Shown: positions 48,901 to 62,450 of the stretch, piece after piece
Numbering within the stretch: position 1 is the first letter of the stretch
How the letters are laid out: each line of letters starts with the position of its first letter
DNA from: Hydrolagus colliei
Lineage: Eukaryota
Assembly (NCBI GenBank): GCA_035084275.1
Contig: CM068755.1
Span: 11,160,001-11,224,000 of the forward strand
Direction: 5' to 3'
DNA: 64,000 nucleotides
Program-made: the position numbers and the translations under genes
Notes under the pieces: model-generated
Seen by the model: only the letters and a program-made list of their open reading frames with translations
Told to the model about the DNA's origin: nothing
Databases searched by the model: none

Positions 48901-49739
48901 GTTAGTGACTTAGTGAGAACAATTATATCTGCTTTACTGTCTTGTGAAAGTGATGATAATGTTGATCAGCATGATGGTCTGTGGGCACGGAGAACTCCTT
49001 GTGTAGGAATGGACAGGGGGTATAAAATGGATCATTGTACTGTACTTCCTTTCTTAAATTCTTTCTCAGCATTTAACATTGTAAATATCTAAGTTCAGAT
49101 GTAGAGAATTGTTTCCCAAAGTATTTGACCTTTCAAGCTGTAATGATCCATTGATCGCTGTAACACTGCAAATTTTCAAATTAAACTGGAGTTGCAAAAG
49201 TGGCGTTTGTAAACTGTCTCACTTGTCTTCCGAAGGCTGACATTTAAGGAAATGTAATTTTGAAATCAATTTGTGGGAAGAGACATTTCACAGGAAAATA
49301 AAACATTCCCTGGGCCTTTAGCATAAGTGCCATGTGACAAAATAATGTAATTTTCTTATTTTACTCTCCAGTAAACCTTTCAAAGCAGCACTGTTTATTG
49401 TAAACAGACATTCATTCATACATCCAGCCAAATGAGTATCAACGTTATATAAGTGTTTCATTGAAGCAACTGATCTGCAGATTATTTGTTTTAAAAAGGG
49501 TCTCAACTTTCTCCTTTTGGACACGACACATGCAAATGTGCATAACTCGAAACACTTGAAAAGACCAAGATACCGTGTGTAAGTGCATAAAATATCCGAG
49601 GGCATCTTTGCACCCACAAGTCAAGTTGCAAATGGAAATCTTGTTAAGATTATGCACTGATAATTCATAATACCAAGAATACTTGATTAAAAAGACTCCA
49701 GTGTCCACCAGAGCTATCTACTCTAACTTGAATGTTACC

Positions 49740-50080
49740 CCGCCTCAGAGGATGGGGCATTCACCCTCTAAATCAGAAGGTCATCGATTCAAGTCACACG
49801 TTGGGACTTTGAATTCACAGTCCAGGCTGCTACATACTCCAGTGCAGTGCTGGGGGATGGCTGCATTATTTCATCTCTATTATCAGTTAATTTGCCTCAA
49901 AGCTCTGGAACTCTCTCCAAGTATCCCTCTGTCTCACTGCCTGCAAGCCACTTTAAAAACATCAATCTTCAACATGTCTTCAGCCATCTTCCTACTTGTT
50001 CCCTTCCTTGTTTGGTGTTCTACACCATAGTTTGAGACATTATCCCATGAGAAGGCGCTGTATAAGTAGAAGTTTTTTTT
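49740..50080 (+). mobile_element. Deu-SINE head followed by an L2-type 3' fragment
   Basis: tcagaaggtcatcgattcaagtc...gactttgaa...ctccagtgcagtgctggggg, then gctctggaactctctcc...actttaaaaacatcaatcttc...aaggcgctgtataagtagaagttt. Confidence 0.6.
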
Positions 50081-51875
50081 TTAACAGTTTCGTTGACAGA
50101 TACAATGCAAGAATATTTTGTAAGCAGAGACCTATGAACTTGCGCTTCACTGTATAAAGTAATCATGATAGGGTGACTGATTAGTACACACAGCTCAAAG
50201 AGGTGAACAAGCAAGACATCGTTCATGGGATAATGTTTAACTGGAATTATGTCCACAGTGTCACATTTATTGTGAAATTGGCCAACAAAATGTTGTTAGA
50301 TTACTAGGCTTCTCGGAAAAACTGAAAAATTCTCGGAAAGACGACCAATCACATTTCAAACATGTTTTGGAGGATACAAGAACACTGTACAAAACTAACA
50401 GGTGCAAATCCTTGACCGTTCAGCACCTTGAAACATCCTCCTGATGTGAAAGCTGCTAAGTACCGGTAAATGCAACTTGTTGTTGTTGATGTCATAACTT
50501 CCAAAATATGGAAGGCTACACTGTTTTACAGGATATTTTTTTAAATGCCAAAAATCTTCAGTTACTGTTTGGCTATTTTCAAAATAATATGTAGTGGTAA
50601 AAACAACACTAACTGCTGTACAATTGTGATAAGCGAAACACTTACCTTTTCATTAATTTCAGTGACCTCTGGCGCGTACAGTGTTACTGATCCATAACAT
50701 TTGTGGCAGTCGCAAGAGTCTCCTGTGATGACACTTGTTTGTGGAAGGAAGTAACCATGCCATAAATCTACCATCCTCCTATAAACCCATGGTGTTGCAC
50801 ACAGCTGCATTTGGCCCCATTTTTGGATACAGTCCAAATATTTCTAACCACCATATTATCATAGCAATTGGTGTGATATGCACAAGCCCAAATTCAAACT
50901 GCAAATACCATTCCCACTCTTCTTTTCGAGTCCAAGCTTTTAATTGCAATTCACGCAACTTTGTGACAGATCAATGTAAAATACCTTTGATAGCTCAATC
51001 AATCTGTGTTTATCCATATGTGAAAACCTTTCGATAAAACTAGCCTGTGCTTAAAAGCCCTTACCTTTATTCTCATTGAATCAATAATGTGTTTTAATGT
51101 CAAATGAATGGCAGGTTGGTTGGAATAACATGTACACAATAGACTCATGAACTGTATACTAGTTATGACAGGGTACAAGATAATGTGTTGCAAAAGATTA
51201 AACGGTATTCAGTATTCTGACACAAACCACATGCTCCCCATGGACTATTGTAGAAGGAATATCATCCCATATAAGCCATGGTCAGAAGTCAAATCTGGAA
51301 AATTATTATCCAGGAGGAACGGAAATGATGACACAAACTGTTCTGTATTCTTGCTTGCAAATGGACTGAAAATTAATACTGTATAATATAGTAAACTAAT
51401 GGTGCTTATAAGGAAGTTTACTGTGCCTGTGTCTGTGGTCTCTGCACAAGGTATACATTTAAAATTGTGCTGGAAAGGAACACGCTTGTCATGTTTTTTT
51501 AAACCCACACCCCACCCTCACCACCCTGTGTCAGCATCTGTTGTCGGTACGAGTTATAAATTACACAACTGTAAATGTCAAGACATATTTTCCAATTTCA
51601 ACGTCACAGTGTTAAGTTGTGGAGCATGATCCAACCATCTTGGCAATTTTATAAGCACAAAAATAAACGAATGAATTCATGTAGGAAGTATTTGCAGATT
51701 GTTCACCTTGAATCAAATGGAAGAAGATGATTTGGCGCCTCATAACGGCTGCACTCTCAGGATTCAACAAGGCAGCTGTGATACAATGATATGCAGCAGA
51801 GAGAGACAATGAATGTGAGAGCAATGGGAATGGCAGCAATGGGTTGTATTGGCTATTGGACTACATTACGCCACG

Positions 51876-52135
51876 TGTCAGGCTGGCTCAGTTGGTGGCA
51901 CTCAAGCCTCAAAGTCAGAAATTTGTGCATTCTAGCTCCACTTTGGGGTTTTTAGCTGACAGAGTAGACAGGCACTGTCTGGTGAATTAAATTCATCACT
52001 CACTCTATAACTGTGCGTAATTTAGCGGCCACATTCGATGACAAAATACTCTTGACAGTAAAAAAAAATCTCTGCGATATATTGATGATGTAGTAAAGAA
52101 CTATATCAAATGCAATTACTAGTATTATTATTATC
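51876..52135 (+). mobile_element. Deu-family SINE, internally deleted
   Basis: A box TGGCTCAGTTGG with gcactcaagcctcaaagtcagaa; 3' part ctgtgcgtaatttagcggccacatt...ctatatcaaatgcaa. Confidence 0.6.
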
Positions 52136-53989
52136 ATCTGTATTCTGATCAATCAAACTCTGTTTTATTCTTGCAACAAAGTTGTATGTGTTGCACCTCC
52201 AGAATGGAGGAAGGAGATAAAGTGGTACTGTATATGCAAATCACATGCAAAATATGTCCATATCAACACAAAGATTTCTAGAAGGGTTTATTTACTAAGA
52301 ATACATTCTGAAAGCTATTTCAAAAAATGTGTAAAAAGCGGTGTGTGAGCAACAGAGAAACTGCAGGAAAAATGTTGCTGGAAAGTGCAATGCAATCCAT
52401 GTCAAATCGATGTTTCTTTTCATACACATTTTCCCAAATCAGATAATGCTTTAATGAATGGAAATGGATCACTTTAGAGGATGTCACAACCAAAATGATG
52501 TCAAGAATAATGCATTATCTAATGTAATAAGAACATGATAAACGGGAATATGTGTCAATCATGAATGGCATTGTTTTTTCATCATGGCTTAGTTTAAAGA
52601 CAGTCTTGACTAATGTAAACATTCTTAACATTATAAGCAGTCTTCATCCTACTTCAACTGGATTGCAGGACAGATTTTGCAGGATTTCTGTATTAAGGAC
52701 TGGCCTTTCTAGAGCAAAATTCCGATCTAATTGATTGCTTTAAATTCCCATTTCATTCTGAGATTTACAGAAATAATTTTATTCTCGACATTCAGGACAG
52801 CTGAGGATCCAGTTGAAGAATGCCTTGCATTTTGGCTCATTATCTGCCTATGCATGAAAAAGAAGCACTGACGACTTGAAACCGTTTAGGCCCCCTTCGG
52901 ATAAATGCCACCCCAATTAAACAAAGCTTGCACATTACATCCTGCAGCGCAGTGGTTTTCGTCCCCATAAATGTCAAACTGTAAAATTGTTATCCTCCAA
53001 ATCTGTAAAGCTGTAAATAGAGGAATCCTAGCTGGAACTATAGAACCCTCCAATAAAATACAAAGGATTACCTTGTCACATTTACTGGAAGAAAGGTAGA
53101 GATATGCTTGATTACTCCTCAGTTGCAGGCAGTATCATGGCCACAGCAGGGAACCCTATCTGCAGTTAATAAGACTTTGCAGAGTTTAATGGCAATGTTT
53201 CACAAGTTGTTTTCTATTTTGCTTTAAAGATTACAAAATCAACTTGAAAGCAAAGGTCCCTCAGTAAGGAATTTCAGAGATCTATACATGTGTTTAACCT
53301 GTTTTAGGACTGTGATTGTACACTGTGTTCCTGTTGTCAAAACACAGGTTCAAGCTCAATCTTGACTTAGTTTGCTCCAAAAAATAAAATATGAGGCAAT
53401 AATGAAAGAATGGTTGTATTGGTGTTTGTTTAAACATTTATTTCTAAAATATAGGGTTAATATTACTGCAGTAGAAACTGTTAACGAGAGTTATTTAATA
53501 GTGGTATTGTCACAGTAGAGAAACAATTGCCCACTAAGTGGGACATGCTCTATTGTGGGTAAGAAAACAGACCCGAACAGAATTTGGCTACAGTGCCAAT
53601 TAAAAACCTGTTCCATTTCGAACTGGATTGTCATTAGAGTATTACAGTATCACATCCCTGCTTTCAATCTCTCTTCCCAACTCTGCTTTCCCAGACTGTT
53701 TCTCTCTCTCTCTCTCTCTGAATGCCTCTTCAGTTGCTCTGTCTCTTTGTTTGACTTCCTCCAACTCTACCCCCCACCACAATACAATGTACGATGGATA
53801 TGATATCTGTTTAGAAGCTGCTGGGTCTCAAGGGCCAGTGAAGTGATCATATGTTGTGTGTCCAAATTTCTCAAACAAATTAGCTGCCACATTTGTCTCC
53901 ATTTAAAATGAACAGTCACTACATTTGACAATAATAACTGGAAAGCAGCATTATGAGAAGCTCACCGTTATAGCTACTACAACAAATAT

Positions 53990-54335
53990 ACATTTTCTGT
54001 GTTTTTTTAATATACAGATTAGACTGATTTGCAATCTGTAATCAAATGTCCTTGAGAGACAGCCTGGTAACAGATTAGTTTGATTGACGCCAGAGCTAAA
54101 TTGATTGAAAATATTCAGTGAATAATCTAGAATCATACCCGAATCCTTTTCCTTCATCTCTGCTAAAGGAGAGCCCTTCATTGAGTAGAAATTTGTCTCA
54201 TTTCTTAATCCAATATGCAGCACCTTACATTTATTTACATTAAAATCCATCTGCCACTCCTTGCCCATCTGCTGTGCCAACTTAATGAGGGGCGGCATCT
54301 GTTACTGTCTATTCACTTCACTCAACATTAAGTTT
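53990..54335 (-). mobile_element. CR1-clade LINE RT C-terminal fragment
   Basis: ORF 53951-54298 contains WQMDFNVNKCKVLHIG...Y.M.G..L....EKD.G.I.D, a characteristic CR1 ORF2 motif. Confidence 0.85.
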
Positions 54336-54444
54336 TGAATGCTGTCGTAGCCAAAGGCCCACATTGGAAACCATTCCATTTGCTTTCTAACCAGTCACAA
54401 TTTAATTCATTCATAAACAACATAAATAATTCTAAGAGGAACCT

Positions 54445-54590
54445 AGAAGTACATATAAAGGAGAAGGGAATAGAAGAGTATCGGAGGAGTAAGGAGTGAA
54501 CAAAGATGCTTATAGAAGGTGTATAACCACCAACATGGACTAGTTGGGCTGGATGGCTTGTTTCTGTGCTGAAAGATGTATGTAAATCCG
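54445..54590 (+). mobile_element. CR1-clade 3' terminus
   Basis: aaggagaagggaatagaag...accaacatggactagttgggctggatggcttgtttctgtgctg. Confidence 0.65.
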
Positions 54591-55375
54591 TGTAAATGAA
54601 TGTGGATTGCCAAACAAGTATGTTGGTGGATGCTGAACTTGAATGTTAGGTACAAAGGAACTTTTATATAAGTATAACATGTGGAAGTCATGGTTAATGG
54701 AAGCTTTGGTGCATGGCATGGGGAGTAGCCTCAAGTGATAGGCATCCCTCTCAATCAGTTATATCAGTAAGATGAACCTAGCTGAATAATTTCCATTGCG
54801 AACGACAAGAGCACTTAATGCATGTGGCCAAACTCATTGTTCTCGATGATATTTTTCCGATAGAAAATCTGTAATACATCAGTACATTGGCACATGGCAG
54901 AAAATAATGCCATATAATACCGTCTCCCTAATTAACTGTCAGACAATTGCAAGACAGTTATTAACCCATATGTTTGCTTACGTTAAAAGAATGCCTTCAC
55001 TAATCATCACTTGACAAAATGTGCAGTTAAATGGGTTGAAATTATAGTCGCGTCAAAGAAGTCCAACACTCACTGTTGACTCTGTGTATTCAGGCTGTGT
55101 GTAAGAAAACATTCAATGATTGTCTTGATTTTATTAATATTCCCCTTGATTAAACTCATCTGTAAGGTCAAACCAGGATGATGTAGATCACCATGGGCTG
55201 TTCTATTGTCACACATCCTACGCTGAGGAGAATTAGCCTGGTTCTGTATTATTTGACTGGGAATGATTGATGGTTTCACTGTCTAAACTATTGTTAATTC
55301 ATGAAAGTGTCAATCGATAATCATTGTTCACACATGGGAAGAATGGCACAATAGTTTCATACAGTCCTTCAGGTA

Positions 55376-55512
55376 TCAGCGTGGCTCAGTTGGTCAAACT
55401 CTCACTTCAGAGTCAGAAGGCTTTGCATTCAATAGCCACATCATGCTTTAAAACTTATTACAGTATCGAGGCTGACAATCTGGGGAAACACTGCATTGTC
55501 AGATAAGATGCG
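55376..55512 (+). mobile_element. Deu-family SINE head
   Basis: GTGGCTCAGTTGG...ctctcacttcagagtcagaagg...aggctgaca...ctgcattgtcaga. A further Deu-like piece lies at 55972-56030. Confidence 0.65.
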
Positions 55513-57792
55513 TTGTCCACCTGGAAACTGTCAGGGAGTTCCTTGTACCTGCCATCCACCCAGTGAGACGCAAACACATGCTTGTTGAAGGCTGAATGAC
55601 TGACTGGTGACTCTCCTCCTTGGGGAAGAGGTTTCTCCTTGGAGCTGAACTGGCCTGGCAAGGGGATGTCGGAATCAAGGCATTTAATGGTGATCTCGGT
55701 AGTCCAGTTCCTGAGCCAGATGGGTCCTTAGTACTCCAGGGCCCTGCTGATGACAGCACAGCCAGCCTAGCCAATTACCAGGACCTGTAAGGGCTGACTA
55801 GTCACTGGGGCAGGGAGTCAGACAGTGTGCATTCCATTCCTACAATCTATCTGTGGGATTTCCACATGTAGAGTGGGATGCATGGTATTCTCAGCTTGGT
55901 TTGGATACTCTTAACGATGATGATGGGTTTCTACATATATCAGACTGTGTCAGGCTGACCCCCCAAAAAAATCAGATGAGACAATAAGCCAAGGAGCTGT
56001 CTGCTTGTTCATGTGAACAATAAAGATCTCAAGTAACTCAGTTATTTGTTGGCTGTTTGTGGAACATTAAAAACAGGAGTTAAACACTGAGTCCTTAAGA
56101 AATATCAAGGACTGCTTTTCAATGCATTTCAGCACCACTTTTGAAATAAGATCTGTAAATCAGATACCGATGGCAAATGCTCCTAACCCACCCACAATTT
56201 ATATACAAAGACCATGGAAGAGTAAAATCCTATGGGCACTTTACAGGAACTGGTGTGTGGGCAAAGATCACTTGCCACTGGGCATTAATGAGATGATAGT
56301 CCCACAGCCCACTTGGGGATAGGAGACTAGCCCTTTCAGTTCTTTTCAATCTCGTTAATGGAATCCCATTTTATGAGAATTGTCAGCAATTAGTCAGATG
56401 GATTGAGATTGTAGCATCAAGTGCACTCCTGTACTTTAGGAAGTACTTTTACAGTGACATGAACTGTGTGATCAATTCTCAAAGTAAAAATACTATGTCG
56501 TCCCTGGATGATTCATGGGATTCACGCTGATGCCATTAGTCTCTGGGTCCTTGATGGCTTGGTGGGTTAAGGGCTGTGAAGCACTTAGCTGTACAGATCA
56601 AAATATTTCAGGTTGAAATCCCATTCTGTGCAGTTACATAATCAGAGCCAAGGCAGAAAGTAACATTATTCCCGGTCCTGATATCTATCCAGAAAAGCAT
56701 CTCTGCAGAATTATATACCACAGAAATAAAACAAAGTTGAACACTTTCAGGAGGTGAGGAGAGAAGAAAATGGTCCAATATTCTTTTCAATTGGCAGTAA
56801 TGGCAAAAAAAAACGAATGGTTTACTAAGTGCTCAGCTTTCATCTGAGACAGCCCAACACTGCAGTGAGATGGCATTTGATTTTGTATTGTGGAAAGATT
56901 AGATCAAATGGACCGATGGAGTCCGGCACCTAAAGTCATCTTGTACAGCTATTCAGCAACCAAATGGCGTTGTCCAGCATTCTTTCAGATTGGAAAAGAG
57001 CCAACTGCACCAACTGTTTTGTGTCTTGTTGTAAACGGGGAGTCAGACTTCAACAATAGAAATCTATACAAGGCTACCCATTCCTCCCCCACAGAGCAGC
57101 ACGGTAATAGGCTTCTCTTCCTGACACTGAAACCTGAACATTCTGTAATTATGCTGTCCTGCACTTCAGTTATTCTGTTCTGCTGCTTCAATTAACATCA
57201 GTCGCAAAATCACCTCACCTGCAGTCACCAATGAACTCCTGATAAAATCATTAAAAATCATTCGATTCACTTGCTCGGGACAGGAATCTCCAGGCTGCAA
57301 TCCCCCCACTCCAGGTAAATCATGCAAAAACAATAGTAGTTTCCTTTCACATTACTGTATTATATAGGTATTTTCTGAACAACCTTAAAGAAAGGAGCGA
57401 TTGGCAATTTTCTTTGTATTTTCCTCAATGCGTTTCACGCTGCCCTTGTGCATTGGGCTACACTTTGTTTCCGAGCATCACAATGTCAAATGTAAGGGAG
57501 AAAGATCACAGCACGAGAGGGAATTTGGGGAGATAAAAATGTCAGAACAAGGCAACTGTCCTACTTTCTGTTAAAATAGGTCAGCCTTTGTTTGGTTCAT
57601 GCCATTATTTTCCACAAATGCCATGAATGTGGCGAGTGGATCATTCAGATTCACGCTGATACAATCTTTCTTAGAAATGCAGTTTATTTGTCATAGTGTA
57701 CTGAGTATGGTTAGTATTCCTTTAAGCAGACACATTATCATTCATGTATGATTCTGTGTCTGCCTTTTGGTTCTTGTTTTCCTTCTACTCTC

Positions 57793-57852
57793 TGAACGCT
57801 CTGAGACGCCGTCCGGCATGGAGGGCGCTAAATAAATCAAAGTTGTTGTTGT
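57793..57852 (+). mobile_element. Solo L2 3' tail (type C)
   Basis: tgaacgctctgagacgccgtccggcatggagggcgctaaataaatcaaag(ttg)n. Confidence 0.85.
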
Positions 57853-60800
57853 ACTCTCATACATTTAATTCTTTACAGATTTAAAATTGTATGCTTTACA
57901 TGATACTACAAACTAAATGTTTTCTTCATCAAAATACCATTTTTATGCATTTTGTAACAGTAAAATCTGTGAAGCAAGGCAACGTTGTGAATGATTGTGC
58001 TTGATTGATGAATTATTTCAATTGTATTCTATCCATCTTAGAGCATGCATCTTGTTTGTACAGTATAGCATTAGATATAAAAGGTTTATTGTTTGGAGAA
58101 AAGGTGTAACTTTGACTCTCTTTCCTACGTTTCTTTCAACCTTGAATAAATGGGATTTGTGCCACCAAAATGATTAAGTAGGATCAAATAATTAAAGGAT
58201 ATTAACCTCAAAACAATTTTCAATTATATTACTCAAATTAAGCAAAAGAATGTCTCAGAGTGGTTAACAAAGGGAGTGAGTGTTTGACACCGAGCAAAAG
58301 TGAGAGAGATTTAGAGATGTCCAAAAGTCAGGGAATAGAGATAGATCTTTTCAGGAATTTTTGAAAACAATGAGAAAGGCAGCAAAGCGGTTTTGGAATT
58401 GCCTATAAGTAGCCCTGAGAGGTAAAATTCAAAATGGATTTCTGTGAGCTGCAGTTCTGCTGCCATTAATATAAAGCAGAGCTAAGCAAGGAGCCCCACC
58501 CCATCTTCTGCTGATGCCGGGAATCACTGCAAGCTTTATCCTGCCATTTGCCTGTAACAAGCCAAGCATATCAGTCTGGCAGAAACGTCAAAGGCACCGT
58601 GGAGCAGTAGCTTAAAAAAAATCCAGTATCTGAACGGATCAAAAAGGTGCCCTGCAGCATGCACAAGAAATGGGCTCACCGTGAAAAACTAAACAATGTT
58701 GGTGCGATCTAAACATAACCTGCAACAAAAACGACACTAAAATTAAAACAGGTTCTACATTATTTTAGATTCAGAAATCCATCTTGCTTAATGATGGTGT
58801 CCTGGGAACTTGTAGGCAATGTGGTTATCTTCAGCCTGGTGCCATTTGTGTGGAAATGGCTCCCTATCGCTCCAGGCTACAAGAGTGGTTACCTTGGAAA
58901 CTCCATGAAGAACCTGATGTTCTGCCTCTCACACCTCATCATTATCCAGCTGAAGGGTTCAGGAGTAAAGCTCTCGCACTTCTTGTGGAAATAACCACTG
59001 CCCTGTCCATTGTATTGTAAAACAGACAGCTGAACACCTTCTCTTCAGCTGAATAGATAGATGTAATGTATTCAGCAAGAGATACGCTACTTATGCTTTA
59101 TCAGTTTATTGAATCCGAATGAATATTCCAGATTAAATTCTACCAGAGAATTGACAATTAGTTTAAGTGCCCAAATTATTTCTCTCTTATACTAATACTA
59201 AAGTGTCCGTATTTGCAGACGACAATGGAAACTGCAGTGATGTTATTCAAATGTATTGACGCTGGTATGATATTAAAGGCAGTCTGGAAAATGACAAGGA
59301 ATGAGTTAAACAAGCAGATCTGACAAACAGCAAATTTTCAATGATTCATTGTGTCTTGTTAATATTAAATCCACATTAAGTGTATGTGGTTTCCAGAAGA
59401 AAAAGGTGAGGTGTTTTTTTCAACCTCTTAGATTACAGTGCGTGTGTATACTCTGTGAGTGTATTTATTTACATACAATATATACATATGTATTCTCATG
59501 TTATTTTCTACAATGCACTTATATCATATTATAGCTGTGGAACACGCCAGTAGTGAGTTATGTTTTGCGCATTTTGAAAAAAACATTAAAAACATCCTAG
59601 ACTTGCAACTATTTTCTATGTAATTTTTAATCTTTCAGTACGAAATGCTATAGACTAGTAGAAGAAAGCCCACAATGAAATTGTAGAGCAGTGTAAAACA
59701 GATTCCTTAACAAGTATTTCCCCAAGGTCCAATGGCCAGCTAGGGTCACGGAATGGGTTTTTAAGTTTTTTTTTCTGTGTTCAATGAGCTCTGGCATTCA
59801 CTATTTGTGCAGCGTTTTCAAACTCCCTGGTGATAATGGGAATGATGTAAATGGTGTGCTCATAAATATTAAAGAGGGCCGTGCTATTTCACCTCCACAA
59901 ATCAGCCAAGGTCACTCAGAGTGTTGGTTGCTGGCAACTAACATGAAGGTGTGGCACGCACAGCAGCCGTATTTGTGCTCGTACAGTGACACGGTGTTAA
60001 AATAGAGCCATTACACTTTCTTTAAGCAATGCAACATTAACATAATTTGGAGTCTAGTACGAGTCTTGGCCGGGTCTATAACACACTCTTCTCAACACTG
60101 TGGACACATTACAGCGCCATGTAATTGTTAGTCTGGGACCATTCCTTTCTGAATCTCTGCTCCATTGTGTGATGCACAACTGCATCAGCCCCCCCACCCT
60201 GTGGAACACCTTCAGTTCTTTCAGAGAAACTTTAGATAATTTAGTCAGCTCAGCAAAGTCAGTCTTGAAAAACAAATGTAGTTTCATCCAATTTGGCAAA
60301 AGCAATAAAACATCTGAAGGCATTTCACAAGTGATAATGATTCACCCTCAATTTCTTTCACTGAACTGATAAAAAATAATTCACTTGTGTTTTTATTTTT
60401 TCAAGTGTTTTTCTTGCTCTCTCTTTCGCTGTCACCTTCTGAGTTTTGACTGAGTGGATTGCACAATTAAATCAAGTATTCATCATTTACATCATTAATT
60501 TAAAGGAAAAATGGTTAGTTCATCAGACACTAATTGGAGTTATCGTCTACCTTACAGGCATATGGTAATCTTGCTGCATTCTGGTGGTGGTGGTGGGGGG
60601 CGGTTGGCGGTGTTAACATCTGCTGAAAATTGATGGGGTTACATCAAGGATGTCACCTGAAGAACAAAGTCCTGCCAAACAGTATGATACATGCCTGTGA
60701 CAAAGACACTGAGCTGGAAAAGCCAGGGAAATCTCAGTCCCTCAAATTATTTGATACAAATAATTTGTATTAAAACAAACATTTTTTTTTGCACTCCCTA

Positions 60801-62360
60801 CCCAGTATACAACCTTTAAAAACAAACTGGACTCACAAAGGAAGGTCAACCTAATGTAATATTGACCTCTAAATCTCCAAACCATAAAGTGTAAAAGGAT
60901 CATTACAAAAGCCCCACCAGGCAGAGTGCACACACAATAATACTTTAATACGTAACATCGTCACATGCATTGCATTACCTTTTGAGATAGTTTGACGGGT
61001 TCATCGTAACATCATTCGCAGAGAAGGTGCCATCATTTCAAATTGAATTAACTACCTGACGGTAGGTTGTCCCATTGATGTGACGAGACACAGAAAGGCC
61101 ACATCAGGAAAATGCAACTAACTGAATTTCAAAGGAACCAGAGCCAAAGACTCTCCGTTTAAAAAAATATTATTCCGGGAAGATTTGATTAATGTCTAGT
61201 TTAATTCCTTACTGTGTCTGATAGTGCTAACAGCTAAAATATTTATTTTGTGACGGTAGCTGCATCACTAAATCACAATCTCCATTGTGCCTTTCAAAGG
61301 GTCAACAAAATATTTTCATTCAATGCTTCAGAAAATAGTTTCTTCAGGCCTTGTAAATGCAACCAAGTGTTATCATCTTTTTATCATTGAGAGGTTCACT
61401 ATTAATCCTTTTTTCATCTGTTGAGATTCTTGACCTCCTGTAATCTCCAATGGAACATTCACATCTCTTCTGTTGCTAAAGTTAAATCGAAGAGGCTAGC
61501 TTTCTTACTGCAGGTCAAACACTATTTTTTTCCTCTTCAACGACTCTGAAATCTTTATAAAGTCAACAATGACTTAATTACAACTCCCATAGGTACTTGG
61601 GAAGGCTTATCTCTTCGCATTCCTGGGCAGGTTAAAAGAAAAGGCTTGTTGATTTAGTACAAGTATAGCTACAATGTTCCTGTTATAAACTCGAAATTGA
61701 AATCGCATTGATCACTCACTTCCTGGCTATTTGTGGGACATTGCTCGAGACAAACCTTAACCAAAATGAAAGTAACATCATTATAAGCTTGTGGATCTGG
61801 ACTAAAACCACCTTTTCCAGGTAGTGCCAGGTGTTGGGCTCCTGGGTGATTGATGTTGCCTGCGTCTTATGTATAACGTACGTTTTGCTTGAATCTCTGC
61901 CAAAATTGTGTCAATTCACCTCCAGAGGTAGAGTATAAGCACAACATTAGACAGACAGACACCAAATCTCTCCAGAGGTTCAATCAAACATTACACAGGC
62001 AGAAGATATTCGTCTGCAAGGAATCTGGATACACTGAAAGCATTTTGTTTAGCTCGGGTTGATAGCAAACTCTCTCATCTTCATGTGCTCCGACACCTTG
62101 CAATAAGCCAACAAGAAAAAAACTGAAATTAAATATCTAGGCAGTGAAGTACTTGCCTGAAAGTAACATCAGTTACTGTTTAACCAACTAACTGGTCTGC
62201 CTTTTAATCATCAAGCAAAGTAAATTAATGATTGAAATGTTGATTTAAATGCAAAGAAAAGCAAGGCAAAGGAGGAGGGTGGGGGAACAAACTTGATTTG
62301 CTGCTGAGGCGAGAGGCAAATGTAATTGCCCCCAGTTTGTTTTGTCAGTTCAAATTTGGG

Positions 62361-62450
62361 TTACAACAACAACAAAATTACAACAACAACAACAAAATTA
62401 TATTTATAAAGCGCCTTTAACGTTGGGAAGGACGTCCCAACACGCTGACT
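62361..62450 (-). mobile_element. Solo L2 3' tail (type B) with duplicated microsatellite end
   Basis: ttacaacaacaacaaaa occurs twice, then tttataaagcgcctttaacgttgggaaggacgtcccaacacgctg. Confidence 0.8.

Noticed and set aside
57726-57763. Hairpin GCAGACACA...TGTGTCTGC as a pre-miRNA
   Set aside because: Only about 38 nt, and the stem does not extend into the flanks, so it is too short for a Drosha substrate.
58784-59020. GC-elevated block with two overlapping ORFs
   Set aside because: No recognisable motif in the forward ORFs, the reverse frames contain stops, and there is no clear splice-site pair.
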